Assembly: GCA_964016885.1 (NCBI GenBank)
Contig: OZ024742.1
Span: 18,724,001-18,788,000, forward strand
Origin: Eledone cirrhosa
Lineage: Eukaryota
DNA length: 64,000 nt
Direction: 5' to 3'
Under the pieces are notes generated by a model, which saw nothing but the letters and a program-made list of their open reading frames with translations, was not told the DNA's origin and did no database searches. This document shows, one piece after another, positions 51,036 through 64,000 of this stretch (positions are counted from its first letter, which is position 1; every line of letters begins with the position of its first letter). A program made the translations under genes and the position numbers.

Positions 51036-51514
51036 TTATAGGCTGCTTTGAACAAGAGTAATTTATTATAAGGCAGGTATGTGTCATTGAATTACTACTG
51101 TATTTTACAAGATAATTCGGAATACTATTTGTTCAGAGAAAATAAATACATCTAATAAATATTTAATTCACTCTGAATGATTATACACTTGAAAATTGAA
51201 TATATCAATGTTTGATTTGCAAATAATCTACATTCTATATCGAAATATCATCGATATTACTGAGTAAACTCCTGAAATATATCTATTAGATATTCTTCCT
51301 GCAGCTCAATGTAATTAGTAGGAACCTTTCAAATACAGCGAGGCTGATAAATATCCACCCCACCCCCTCAGATAACAGTTTCTGTGCTAAGCTTCATGAG
51401 GACAATGTTTACAAAAGCAACACGACTAAGCTACAATAAATAACAAATATTTTGTCGTCAGAAATATTAAATTAATCATCATTTCTTTATTTTAGAAATC
51501 ATAAAATGTGATTG

Positions 51515-51915
51515 TTGCTATGTGTTGTTGAGCAAGATACTTTATTTCACGTTACTTCAGTTTACTCAGCTGTAGAAATCAGTTGTGACGTCACTGGTGC
51601 CAAGCTGTATCAGCCATTACCTTTTCCTTTCATAACATCGGTGACGTGGAGAGGGGAGGCTGGTATGCATGGACGACTGCTGGTCTTCCACAAACAACCG
51701 TGCCCAATTTTTTGCCTCTAGGTGCAAACCCATGATCACTCGTGACTGAAAAGGGGGGGGGGGTCTTTACCCTTTTTATTGGCAGATCGTTAGAGCATCA
51801 GCCAAAATGCTTCACAGATTTGTTCCGGTTCTTTATGTTCTGAATTCAAATCCCGCCGAGGTCGACTTTCCCCTTACTTCAAACTGTTGGCCTTGTGCTA
51901 ATGTAAGAAGTAATT
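51515..51915 (+). mobile_element. SINE family B body followed by SINE family A variant
   Basis: TTGAGCAAGATACTTTATTTCACG... then TTGGCAGATCGTTAGAGCATC...TTCAAATCCCGCCGAGGTCGACTTT. Confidence 0.7.
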
Positions 51916-52036
51916 ATTTAAAAAACCATAATACAGTTATGAGAAACGCCCAGAGAGATGAACATTTAGATAGAATCGGAAATTGGGAACATTAGCTTAG
52001 AATATCAAGAATAGATTTATAACCTTAGTTGTTTTT

Positions 52037-52094
52037 TATGTCACTCTCAGTCACCTATGTCACTCTAAGTCACCTATGTCACTCTAAGTCACCA
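52037..52094. repeat. 19-bp tandem repeat (TATGTCACTCTAAGTCACC) x3
   Basis: Directly visible. Confidence 0.85.
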
Positions 52095-52759
52095 TGAAAT
52101 ATTCCTATATCTGAGATGATGCACCTTCTCAATCATTGGAGTTTTCAACAAATAATTCCATTGCTAGACAAACCTTACATGTATGCCAATCTTATTTTAA
52201 TATTATATTCTAACTATATTATTCATCACCATTAATTGAATGCGGTCATAATTTCTATCTAGAGAATGGATTGTTGACAAACGTTTTTAGATGTCACCGT
52301 ATGGGTTCTGTAATTAACATCTAGATTGTCATCTTAATAATGTGGCTACAGAGTCACTCCATTCCCATGTATATTTACTTCATATAACTCAACCTTCCGA
52401 GGTCAACTTTGCCTTTCAACATTTCGAGGTCGATAAAAAAAGTACCAGTCTAATACTGGGGTTGATTATTCCTCTATATCTCTTTCTCATTTCCTCTCTC
52501 TCACTTTCTATCTTTCTCTGGAAGAAATCTGCTGTACTCAGGCCTGGAGAGAGACGTTTAAAATGCCCAAGAAACGCCGTATGTCAATATAGTACCACTA
52601 CGACTCTATCAGGAATTACAGGATCATATATACATACCTCAACCTTAATCTGAATTACAATTAACTTTCGCTGATGAGAATGTAACGAGAGATGAAACAT
52701 CAATCAACTCGAACTACGAAATATCACTTTCAAGCTGAAAGTTATTTTACTCTATCACT

Positions 52760-53045
52760 TAACCCTAGGATTTGTACCTCCGAGGCATAAGTCCAGGCAA
52801 AGTTGTTTGTGGAAGACCAGCTGTCGCCTATGCACACAAACCACACCTCTACACGCTACCGATGTTGTCCAAAGGAACAGCAATGGCTGATACAGCTTGG
52901 CTCCAGTGACGTCGCAACTCATTTCTACAGCTGAGTAAACTGGAGCAACGTGAATAAAGTGCCTTATTCAAGGACACAACACACAGCCCTGCCCAGGAAT
53001 CGAACTCATAATCTCACAATTGTAAGTCCAACTTGCCATTAAGCA
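52760..53045 (-). mobile_element. SINE family B
   Basis: Minus strand has B-box GAGTTCGATTCC and CORE-like TGTCCTTGAATAAGGCACTTTATTCACGTTGCTCCAGTTTACTCAGCTG. Confidence 0.75.
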
Positions 53046-53249
53046 TGCTCCATCACTTTACTCTCTTTAGGGGTTTATGTACCCAACTTGTTCGACTACT
53101 TTTCAAAACCCAAAACCCTGCGTTGAAGTACCATAGATTAAGCTAACATGCAATCAATATTTAAAGTTTGTTCAACACTTCGTAAATAGTATTGATTCTT
53201 TGTTTACTGGCAGATATACAAGACTTAAAGAGGCAAGTAAGTGTTCAGT

Positions 53250-53322
53250 CCCGCCTTGGTGTAATTGTAGTGCAGTCGTCCGGAATATGGCAAGTGTGGA
53301 TTCGATTCCCACAGTCGGTACT
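53250..53322 (+). pseudogene. tRNA-like pseudogene or SINE head followed by an oligo-T tract
   Basis: TGGTGTAATTG (A-box-like) and GTGGA-TTCGATT-CCCAC (T-arm). The acceptor and anticodon stems pair poorly. Confidence 0.4.
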
Positions 53323-53439
53323 GTTGTTTTTTTTTTGTATTTACCGGCTGAAGTACACAACTTGTTCGACTATTTTTCATAGACAAAACACCTGCATTGA
53401 AGTAGCTTACATTAAACTAACATTCAAGAAACATACCGC

Positions 53440-53725
53440 ATCGTCCTTTGCGTGGGTTAATAAGGGAAAAGTGTAGGCCTTAGGTAGAGAGGCCTATTCG
53501 AAAAATATATTGCAGTCTCAAATGCCGCAAATTTGATGATGGGTCTGCGATCCGTCCTGGGAGATGTGGGATGGACGCACAAAGATGGCGTGTCCCGAGA
53601 GCCCAAAGAAGGGAGGAAAGCTTGACAACTGGAACATCACAACCTTTACAGGTAAGGAGCAGGAACTAGTCGAGGAAGTTAGTTGCTACCGGCTGGAAAA
53701 AGTCGGGGTTTCCGCAATAAAGTTT
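53440..53725 (+). mobile_element. RTE-clade LINE 5' fragment (start of APE domain)
   Basis: Translates to LDNWNITTFTGKEQELVEEVSCYRLEKVGVS, resembling the GTWNV..L.GKE.ELV.EV..YRLDIVG start of RTE/Expander ORFs. Confidence 0.65.
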
Positions 53726-53879
53726 CGTATATTCAATATTTAATTCTATAAAACTCCAGTTTCATAAAACTAACTACACTAACAGAATGTCTTAACGCTT
53801 TTTGTATTGAGCATAACATATTCAGAACGCTATATTTTAATTGGCATGCAGTGAATTCTGTAAAGCCCGATCAGTTGGC

Positions 53880-54022
53880 ATTTCAAATAAAATCACAAAT
53901 CATATATGGCAGTTATTCCGGTGTCAGAATAGGTTTCAGCAGTCATCTACGGACATATAGAATTCAATCAGATAACCATATTATGGTTTTCGTCGATCAC
54001 TAAACGACGAACTACTAACTAT
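53880..54022 (+). mobile_element. RTE-like 3' terminal remnant
   Basis: RIGFSSHLRTY resembles the RTE C-terminal RIGL.SH.R.H motif. It is followed by the hairpin TTCGTCG...CGACGAA and an (ACT)n tail. Confidence 0.45.
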
Positions 54023-55982
54023 TAAAACCATCATTCGCAATTGAGTATGGCATAATAGTATGTAGGGGAGGTCTTAGTTCCTTACAATGACGGGCAGATA
54101 GAGACACCCTCTCAATCCACCCTCCGTTGGTTCACCGATACATCTAGGATGTGATAGCTGGAAGAAGAGAAGACTTCCCCAACACAAAGCTGGTATTATC
54201 TATATAGACCCCGAAATGATGACAGGCAAAATGAGCCTTAATTGGATTTGAAAAATCAGAATGTAGAGACCCAGAACAATTATTCAACGCTCTAATAAAT
54301 CTGCTAAATCGCAGACCTGTCAACTCTCCCCGTCTGACGGGGAGATCTCCCATCCACTTTGAGGTGGGAGAGAGGTGCCTTCTCTTGTGAAAATGGGTAT
54401 AGCTTTCATTGTGTAAAATCTCCCCATTTTGCCTCGTTTTTCCCCGTTTTAGGACACTTTTTTCATGGTATTTCCCGTCTGAGAATTTAGAGGTTGGCAG
54501 GTCTAAATCGGAGCACCTTAATTGATGAACATAAAGCATTTATATCCTGCAATCCATTCAATGGGCTATTTTATTAGTATTGATTTTATTCCTGATCAAA
54601 GTCATTCAATATTACACGAAACACACGTCATCAAAAATTTAAATTTATAGAAAACTTTGGTAATACAGGATTTGGTACTTTAAATTCATCTTTTAAATAA
54701 AAATAAATATATATGCAAGGAAATATATTATAAAATGGAAGGCAATACATTTTGTAATTGTTATAGTAATACATAAAAACAGTTTAGAGGCGAAATTTTT
54801 ACTTATACACATGATAAACACAATATTCCTTTTTAACCGAGCGCAGAAAAGTAAACTACTTCAACCCCCCAGTGTATTTTCACGAACGACTTTGTAGTTT
54901 TAAAATTAAAATAATGTTCATGTGTAGACCTTTGTGCCGACATAAAAATTCTTGAATTCTGCTTCAATTACTATCTACACCATAGCTTGAATAATCTGTC
55001 AATAGTAATATTCGTTGTGTTCGACCAAAGTGAGAATTAAAAAACATAAACTAAAGTGCTCTTTTTTCCAGCTGATTATATTCTCTAACGCATTTCGCTT
55101 AAACTAAAATTGACAGCAGATAAAACTGTCGAAAACCACCAAATTATACACATTTAGTGTACACAGATGCTGAGACGATAAATCAATTGTACGTTTAAAT
55201 TTTTTCGAATAAATGTAAGCCAACTTTTTTTTGAAATTGTATCCAAGGAATTGAAACTATCTTAACATTCTTCAGCATTTGTAAACACATATTGACCTTT
55301 GCTTTCGCCAGAAATTATTCCGCCTCAGCTAAACATGATTGAAACTTAAAGGTCTTACAAAACTTCCAATCGGTATTATATTACAAATTCCGTGTGTATA
55401 TATAAGTGTATAGCTACTTCTGTTTGTGTATAAAGTATTTATGAAGATTCGATATTGAGTATATTCTAGAAGCAAAGTTATCTGTGTTAATATACATTCA
55501 GATGAAGTTTCACAGCACATACAACTGTCTCTTCATAAATATAAAGTAGTAGAAATAATATTTTAAAATAATAATTGAAATTCGATTCTTTGAAGGATCA
55601 AATATCATCAATGCACACATGCACTTGATAAGACAGCGGTAGATGTTCTCTGTATGAAGAATACCATTTCTCTTTCAGGGATGTGGAAGTCACACAACCA
55701 GTTTCCGTGAACCTCTATGGCTATGCATTTGCGAATGTCTTTCGTATTCATAACTTTGGAGACTTCTGGTGTCATTGGCCCTAGGACCACCTCCCTACTC
55801 ACCCGCAGGTGTGAGCCTCGTAAGTTGGAATGGTCCTTCCAGCACCTCTCCTTCACCATCCTCCGGGGAAAATCCATCTCTATTCTGTCCACCGGGACCA
55901 CGAGGAGGCTAGCGTCTTCCCTATTCTGCCCGCCGGGGACGTGGGGTGGCCAGCTCGTGGGCTCCTATTTGCTTATAATAGT

Positions 55983-56371
55983 GAGAGATGGGTAGAGCGA
56001 GAGAGACGGAGGCAGTGAGTGAAAGAGAGAGATGGGTAGAGTGAGAGAGACGGAGGCAGTGAGTGAAAGAGAGAGATGGGTAGAGTGAGAGAGACGGAGG
56101 CAGTGAGTGAAAGAGAGAGATGGGGAGAGCGAGAGAGACGGAGGCAGTGAGTGAAAGAGAGAGATGGGGAGAGCGAGAGAGACGGAGGCAGTGAGTGAAA
56201 GAGAGAGATGGGGAGAACGAGAGAGACGGAGGCAGTGAGGGAAAGATAGAGGTGGGGAGAGCGAGAGAGACGGAGGCAGTGAGTGAAAGAGAGAGATGGG
56301 GAGAGCGAGAGAGACGGAGGCAGTGAGGGAAAGATAGAGGTGGGGAGAGCGAGAGAGACGGAGGCAGTGAC
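55983..56371. repeat. 44-bp purine-rich minisatellite, ~9 units
   Basis: Unit GAGAGATGGG(T/G)AGAG(C/T)GAGAGAGACGGAGGCAGTGAGTGAAAGA. Confidence 0.95.
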
Positions 56372-57131
56372 TATACCATCATTGCTGAAGCAATATAAAA
56401 TTACCTAAGGATTGAAAGTTTAACATTCGCCTCGTTATTTAAATAACTTTGTCAATGTGACGACGATGTATTTGTTCTGGAAGGTTATTGATATGAAATC
56501 GTGTTTTCTAATATAAAAATATACTGAAGGGAAAACGAAACCAAACAGTGAGTGTATTTTACTATACATTTGACAATATTATAACAACATAACTCTCCCC
56601 AAATATAACAATATATAACAATATATCATAAAAGATAAACGAACCATAAATCTTTACGACGTTTAAATATTATCTTTCTATCACTTTGTATAATTTCTGT
56701 ATTCATATTTTCTGAAATTCCCAACATTTTAAAATGACAATTAGAGTTTGACTCAGGAAAATGATACTTAAATAACATTCAATGAATTTATATGAAGTTA
56801 TTAGAAAGAAACATTTCATTTTTCTGTAAAATCGTATAAAATGTGTTGTTGAAGCTAAGTAAAGTTGTGTTGCATAGGAGTATAATATGAGGTTATCAGG
56901 TTGAAGACATCAGTAAATGTGTCCTTGTTATCGTCTGTTACATCATTCTCTCCCTTCTCTTACACATTAATCAATTATATTTAATACACACGTAGGCACA
57001 CACATACATACATATATGCGTATATATACATATGTATACATAAATATATGCGTACATGTGTAGATATATATATACGTATATATATGCATGCATATATATG
57101 TGTGCGTTTGTATGTATATATAAATAATTAT

Positions 57132-57213
<82 letters not shown>

Positions 57214-57252
57214 GTATATATATGTATATATATGTATATATATATGTATATA

Positions 57253-57303
<51 letters not shown>

Positions 57304-57317
57304 GTATATATATATAT

Positions 57318-57520
57318 GTCCGGGAGAGATGACCCCTTAGCCTTTGTCAAGGCAGAATTCTAGGAGAAGGAAAACTCTGATATAACACCTCCAACGCTGA
57401 TGCTATCCAATGATGTTGACTTGTTCTTCTTTTTGGTAAATATCATCTTGGTTAAGAGAGTGGGACTGGCTTTGTGCAGTGCCTTTGCTCACTATAAAAG
57501 CTTCACGGCACAGGCATTGC
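57318..57520 (+). mobile_element. Possible RTE-type LINE 5' UTR fragment
   Basis: CTAGGAGAAGGAAAACTCTGA motif, which I recall from RTE 5' UTRs. It is inserted between (TA)n tracts. Confidence 0.35.
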
Positions 57521-57809
57521 TTTATATCTGGAGATCTCTCTGCACTTGTCGTCACATGATACCATGGGCCCAGCACTATGTGTCAATATTTGTCACAAGT
57601 GTAGTGTTTGTACCAGAGTTTTCAAGTCGCTGGCTGGACTAAAAGGTCACACTCGTTCAGTGCATCGGTAGGGGTTCTCCTATATGGATATAAAGTAGTG
57701 GCCGTACTCGAAAACGAGTTGGCAGCCACCATATATATATGTATATATATATGTATATATATATATGTATATATATATATGTATATATATATATATGTAT
57801 ATATATATG

Positions 57810-57846
<37 letters not shown>

Positions 57847-57907
57847 GTATGTATATGTATATATATATGTATATATATATACACACACATATATATATAT
57901 ATATATA

Positions 57908-57960
<53 letters not shown>

Positions 57961-58244
57961 ATGTGTGTGTCTGTATATATATATATATATATATATATGA
58001 TAACATATGTCATACATTTCCTTTAATAATTTAATATGTCGGAAACCTGTTGGACCACTTAAGACAACCTTTCTAGCTATTCATTTCTGTAGGATTAAGT
58101 GAGATCATACAGAATAACGCCCATATCTTTATCGATTTGGATGTCCTCAGTGAGTGGCATTTGATCAGTGACATAATGTTTATTTCGGGAGAGATTTGGA
58201 CAATGTGGAAATAGATTAATTATTTGATTGTAGGTCTGTTGGGC

Positions 58245-58302
<58 letters not shown>

Positions 58303-58326
58303 TATATATATATACACCAGGTTAGA

Positions 58327-61300
58327 ACTGTCACTGCCTCTGTTTCTCCCGTTCACTCCACCTCTCATACACACCAGGTCCAAACACAAAGGAACCAAAC
58401 TCCCACTGTCACTGCCTCTGTCTCTCTCACTCTCCCCACCTCTCATACACACCAGGTCCAAACACAAAGGAACCAAACTCCCACTGTCACTGCCTCTGTC
58501 TCTCTCACTCTCCCCACCTCTCATACACACCAGGTCCAAACACAAAGGAACCAAACTCCCACTGTCACTGCCTCTGTCTCTCTCACTCTCCCCACCTCTC
58601 ATACACACCAGGTCCAAACACAAAGGAACCAAACTCCCACTGTCACTGCCTCTGTCTCTCTCACTCTCCCCACCTCTCATACACACCAGGTCCAAACACA
58701 AAGGAACCAAACTCCCACTGTCACTGCCTCTGTTTCTCCCGTTCACTCCACCTCTCATACACACCAGGTCCAAACACAAAGGAACCAAACTCCCACTGTC
58801 ACTGCCTCTGTTTCTCCCGTTCACTCCACCTCTCATACACACCAGGTCCAAACACAAAGGAACCAAACTCCCACTGTCACTGCCTCTGTTTCTCCCGTTC
58901 ACTCCATCTCTCATATACACCAGGTCCAAACACAAAGGAACCAAACTCCCACTGTCACTGCCTCTGTTTCTCCCGTTCACTCCACCTCTCATACACACCA
59001 GGTCCAAACACAAAGGAACCAAACTCCCACTGTCACTGCCTCTGTTTCTCCCGTTCACTCCACCTCTCATACACACCAGGTCCAAACACAAAGGAACCAA
59101 ACTCCCACTGTCACTGCCTCTGTCTCTCTCACTCTCCCCACCTCTCATACACACCAGGTCCAAACACAAAGGAACCAAACTCCCACTGTCACTGCCTCTG
59201 TTTCTCCCGTTCACTCCACCTCTCATACACACCAGGTCCAAACACAAAGGAACCAAACTCCCACTGTCACTGCCTCTGTCTCTCTCACTCTCCCCACCTC
59301 TCATACACACCAGGTCCAAACACAAAGGAACCAAACTCCCACTGTCACTGCCTCTGTTTCTCCCGTTCACTCCACCTCTCATACACACCAGGTCCAAACA
59401 CAAAGGAACCAAACTCCCACTGTCACTGCCTCTGTCTCTCTCACTCTCCCCACCTCTCATACACACCAGGTCCAAACACAAAGGAACCAAACTCCCACTG
59501 TCACTGCCTCTGTTTCTCCCGTTCACTCCACCTCTCATACACACCAGGTCCAAACACAAAGGAACCAAACTCCCACTGTCACTGCCTCTGTTTCTCCCGT
59601 TCACTCCATCTCTCATATACACCAGGTCCAAACACAAAGGAACCAAACTCCCACTGTCACTGCCTCTGTTTCTCCCGTTCACTCCACCTCTCATACACAC
59701 CAGGTCCAAACACAAAGGAACCAAACTCCCACTGTCACTGCCTCTGTTTCTCCCGTTCACTCCACCTCTCATACACACCAGGTCCAAACACAAAGGAACC
59801 AAACTCCCACTGTCACTGCCTCTGTTTCTCCCGTTCACTCCATCTCTCATATACACCAGGTCCAAACACAAAGGAACCAAACTCCCACTGTCACTGCCTC
59901 TGTTTCTCCCGTTCACTCCACCTCTCATACACACCAGGTCCAAACACAAAGGAACCAAACTCCCACTGTCACTGCCTCTGTTTCTCCCGTTCACTCCATC
60001 TCTCATATACACCAGGTCCAAACACAAAGGAACCAAACTCCCACTGTCACTGCCTCTGTTTCTCCCGTTCACTCCACCTCTCATACACACCAGGTCCAAA
60101 CACAAAGGAACCAAACTCCCACTGTCACTGCCTCTGTTTCTCCCGTTCACTCCACCTCTCATACACACCAGGTCCAAACACAAAGGAACCAAACTCCCAC
60201 TGTCACTGCCTCTGTTTCTCCCGTTCACTCCATCTCTCATATACACCAGGTCCAAACACAAAGGAACCAAACTCCCACTGTCACTGCCTCTGTTTCTCCC
60301 GTTCACTCCACCTCTCATACACACCAGGTCCAAACACAAAGGAACCAAACTCCCACTGTCACTGCCTCTGTTTCTCCCGTTCACTCCACCTCTCATACAC
60401 ACCAGGTCCAAACACAAAGGAACCAAACTCCCACTGTCACTGCCTCTGTTTCTCCCGTTCACTCCACCTCTCATACACACCAGGTCCAAACACAAAGGAA
60501 CCAAACTCCCACTGTCACTGCCTCTGTTTCTCCCGTTCACTCCATCTCTCATATACACCAGGTCCAAACACAAAGGAACCAAACTCCCACTGTCACTGCC
60601 TCTGTTTCTCCCGTTCACTCCACCTCTCATACACACCAGGTCCAAACACAAAGGAACCAAACTCCCACTGTCACTGCCTCTGTTTCTCCCGTTCACTCCA
60701 CCTCTCATACACACCAGGTCCAAACACAAAGGAACCAAACTCCCACTGTCACTGCCTCTGTTTCTCCCGTTCACTCCACCTCTCATACACACCAGGTCCA
60801 AGCACAAAGGAACCAAACTCCCACTGTCACTGCCTCTGTCTCTCTCACTCTCCCCACCTCTCATACACACCAGGTCCAAACACAAAGGAACCAAACTCCC
60901 ACTGTCACTGCCTCTGTCTCTCTCACTCTCCCCACCTCTCATACACACCAGGTCCAAACACAAAGGAACCAAACTCCCACTGTCACTGCCTCTGTTTCTC
61001 CCGTTCACTCCACCTCTCATACACACCAGGTCCAAACACAAAGGAACCAAACTCCCACTGTCACTGCCTCTGTCTCTCTCACTCTCCCCACCTCTCATAC
61101 ACACCAGGTCCAAACACAAAGGAACCAAACTCCCACTGTCACTGCCTCTGTTTCTCCCGTTCACTCCACCTCTCATACACACCAGGTCCAAACACAAAGG
61201 AACCAAACTCCCACTGTCACTGCCTCTGTCTCTCTCACTCTCCCCACCTCTCATACACACCAGGTCCAAACACAAAGGAACCAAACTCCCACTGTCACTG

Positions 61301-64000
61301 CCTCTGTTTCTCCCGTTCACTCCACCTCTCATACACACCAGGTCCAAACACAAAGGAACCAAACTCCCACTGTCACTGCCTCTGTCTCTCTCACTCTCCC
61401 CACCTCTCATACACACCAGGTCCAAACACAAAGGAACCAAACTCCCACTGTCACTGCCTCTGTTTCTCCCGTTCACTCCACCTCTCATACACACCAGGTC
61501 CAAACACAAAGGAACCAAACTCCCACTGTCACTGCCTCTGTCTCTCTCACTCTCCCCACCTCTCATACACACCAGGTCCAAACACAAAGGAACCAAACTC
61601 CCACTGTCACTGCCTCTGTTTCTCCCGTTCACTCCACCTCTCATACACACCAGGTCCAAACACAAAGGAACCAAACTCCCACTGTCACTGCCTCTGTCTC
61701 TCTCACTCTCCCCACCTCTCATACACACCAGGTCCAAACACAAAGGAACCAAACTCCCACTGTCACTGCCTCTGTCTCTCTCACTCTCCCCACCTCTCAT
61801 ACACACCAGGTCCAAACACAAAGGAACCAAACTCCCACTGTCACTGCCTCTGTTTCTCCCGTTCACTCCACCTCTCATACACACCAGGTCCAAACACAAA
61901 GGAACCAAACTCCCACTGTCACTGCCTCTGTCTCTCTCACTCTCCCCACCTCTCATACACACCAGGTCCAAACACAAAGGAACCAAACTCCCACTGTCAC
62001 TGCCTCTGTTTCTCCCGTTCACTCCACCTCTCATACACACCAGGTCCAAACACAAAGGAACCAAACTCCCACTGTCACTGCCTCTGTTTCTCCCGTTCAC
62101 TCCATCTCTCATATACACCAGGTCCAAACACAAAGGAACCAAACTCCCACTGTCACTGCCTCTGTTTCTCCCGTTCACTCCACCTCTCATACACACCAGG
62201 TCCAAACACAAAGGAACCAAACTCCCACTGTCACTGCCTCTGTCTCTCTCACTCTCCCCACCTCTCATACACACCAGGTCCAAACACAAAGGAACCAAAC
62301 TCCCACTGTCACTGCCTCTGTTTCTCCCGTTCACTCCACCTCTCATACACACCAGGTCCAAACACAAAGGAACCAAACTCCCACTGTCACTGCCTCTGTT
62401 TCTCCCGTTCACTCCACCTCTCATACACACCAGGTCCAAACACAAAGGAACCAAACTCCCACTGTCACTGCCTCTGTCTCTCTCACTCTCCCCACCTCTC
62501 ATACACACCAGGTCCAAACACAAAGGAACCAAACTCCCACTGTCACTGCCTCTGTTTCTCCCGTTCACTCCACCTCTCATACACACCAGGTCCAAACACA
62601 AAGGAACCAAACTCCCACTGTCACTGCCTCTGTCTCTCTCACTCTCCCCACCTCTCATACACACCAGGTCCAAACACAAAGGAACCAAACTCCCACTGTC
62701 ACTGCCTCTGTTTCTCCCGTTCACTCCACCTCTCATACACACCAGGTCCAAACACAAAGGAACCAAACTCCCACTGTCACTGCCTCTGTCTCTCTCACTC
62801 TCCCCACCTCTCATACACACCAGGTCCAAACACAAAGGAACCAAACTCCCACTGTCACTGCCTCTGTTTCTCCCGTTCACTCCACCTCTCATACACACCA
62901 GGTCCAAACACAAAGGAACCAAACTCCCACTGTCACTGCCTCTGTTTCTCCCGTTCACTCCATCTCTCATATACACCAGGTCCAAACACAAAGGAACCAA
63001 ACTCCCACTGTCACTGCCTCTGTTTCTCCCGTTCACTCCACCTCTCATACACACCAGGTCCAAACACAAAGGAACCAAACTCCCACTGTCACTGCCTCTG
63101 TCTCTCTCACTCTCCCCACCTCTCATACACACCAGGTCCAAACACAAAGGAACCAAACTCCCACTGTCACTGCCTCTGTCTCTCTCACTCTCTCCATCTC
63201 TCATATACACCAGGTCCTAACACAAAGGAACCAAACTCCCACTGTCACTGCCTCTGTTTCTCCCGTTCACTCCACCTCTCATACACACCAGGTCCAAACA
63301 CAAAGGAACCAAACTCCCACTGTCACTGCCTCTGTCTCTCTCACTCTCTCCATCTCTCATATACACCAGGTCCTAACACAAAGGAACCAAACTCCCACTG
63401 TCACTGCCTCTGTTTCTCCCGTTCACTCCACCTCTCATACACACCAGGTCCAAACACAAAGGAACCAAACTCCCACTGTCACTGCCTCTGTCTCTCTCAC
63501 TCTCCCCACCTCTCATACACACCAGGTCCAAACACAAAGGAACCAAACTCCCACTGTCACTGCCTCTGTTTCTCCCGTTCACTCCACCTCTCATACACAC
63601 CAGGTCCAAACACAAAGGAACCAAACTCCCACTGTCACTGCCTCTGTCTCTCTCACTCTCCCCACCTCTCATACACACCAGGTCCAAACACAAAGGAACC
63701 AAACTCCCACTGTCACTGCCTCTGTTTCTCCCGTTCACTCCACCTCTCATACACACCAGGTCCAAACACAAAGGAACCAAACTCCCACTGTCACTGCCTC
63801 TGTCTCTCTCACTCTCCCCACCTCTCATACACACCAGGTCCAAACACAAAGGAACCAAACTCCCACTGTCACTGCCTCTGTTTCTCCCGTTCACTCCACC
63901 TCTCATACACACCAGGTCCAAACACAAAGGAACCAAACTCCCACTGTCACTGCCTCTGTTTCTCTCACTCTCCCCACCTCTCATATACACCAGGTCCAAA
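58327..64000. repeat. 78-bp tandem satellite, at least 72 units, running off the window
   Basis: Unit ACACACCAGGTCCAAACACAAAGGAACCAAACTCCCACTGTCACTGCCTCTGT[TTCTCCCGTTCACT/CTCTCTCACTCTCC]CCACCTCTCAT. All units appear to be the same length. Confidence 0.99.

Noticed and set aside
53250-53322. Functional tRNA gene
   Set aside because: The acceptor and anticodon stems do not pair adequately, so it is listed only as tRNA-like.
54144-55901. Minus-strand ORFs 54144-54539 and 55608-55901 (also 37718-37984) as host exons
   Set aside because: No recognisable domain or splice context. The 55.6-kb ORF may be a LINE ORF1 remnant, but I cannot support that without a search.
58216-63210. 1664-aa minus-strand ORF
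   Set aside because: It is a translation of the 78-bp satellite. TAG-bearing units interrupt the same frame near 63215 and 63373, variants are non-synonymous in this frame, and it ends in (CA)n.

Overview
Repeat-dominated, AT-rich animal genomic DNA, probably from a coleoid cephalopod such as Octopus. That is an inference from the dense (TA)n/(CA)n tracts and the two abundant tRNA-derived SINE families. No host protein-coding gene can be supported. The window holds a near full-length Tx1/L1-clade LINE plus a truncated relative, a CR1 LINE, several RTE fragments, two Penelope-like element (PLE) remnants, a deleted mariner, a hAT MITE nested in a SINE, a 1.4-kb foldback element, an 11.5-kb 45-bp satellite and a 78-bp satellite of at least 5.6 kb. 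The most interesting hidden signal is about ten type I hammerhead-ribozyme (HHR)-like motifs. Several lie in small, ORF-less, asymmetric palindromic inserts between microsatellites, including a near-canonical HHR at 654-729 (-) and two identical U3-A8 core variants in both arms of the palindrome at 28945-29265. A second observation is that one dispersed 36-bp motif appears to have seeded both a 44-bp minisatellite and the 78-bp satellite. All folds and alignments were done by eye.
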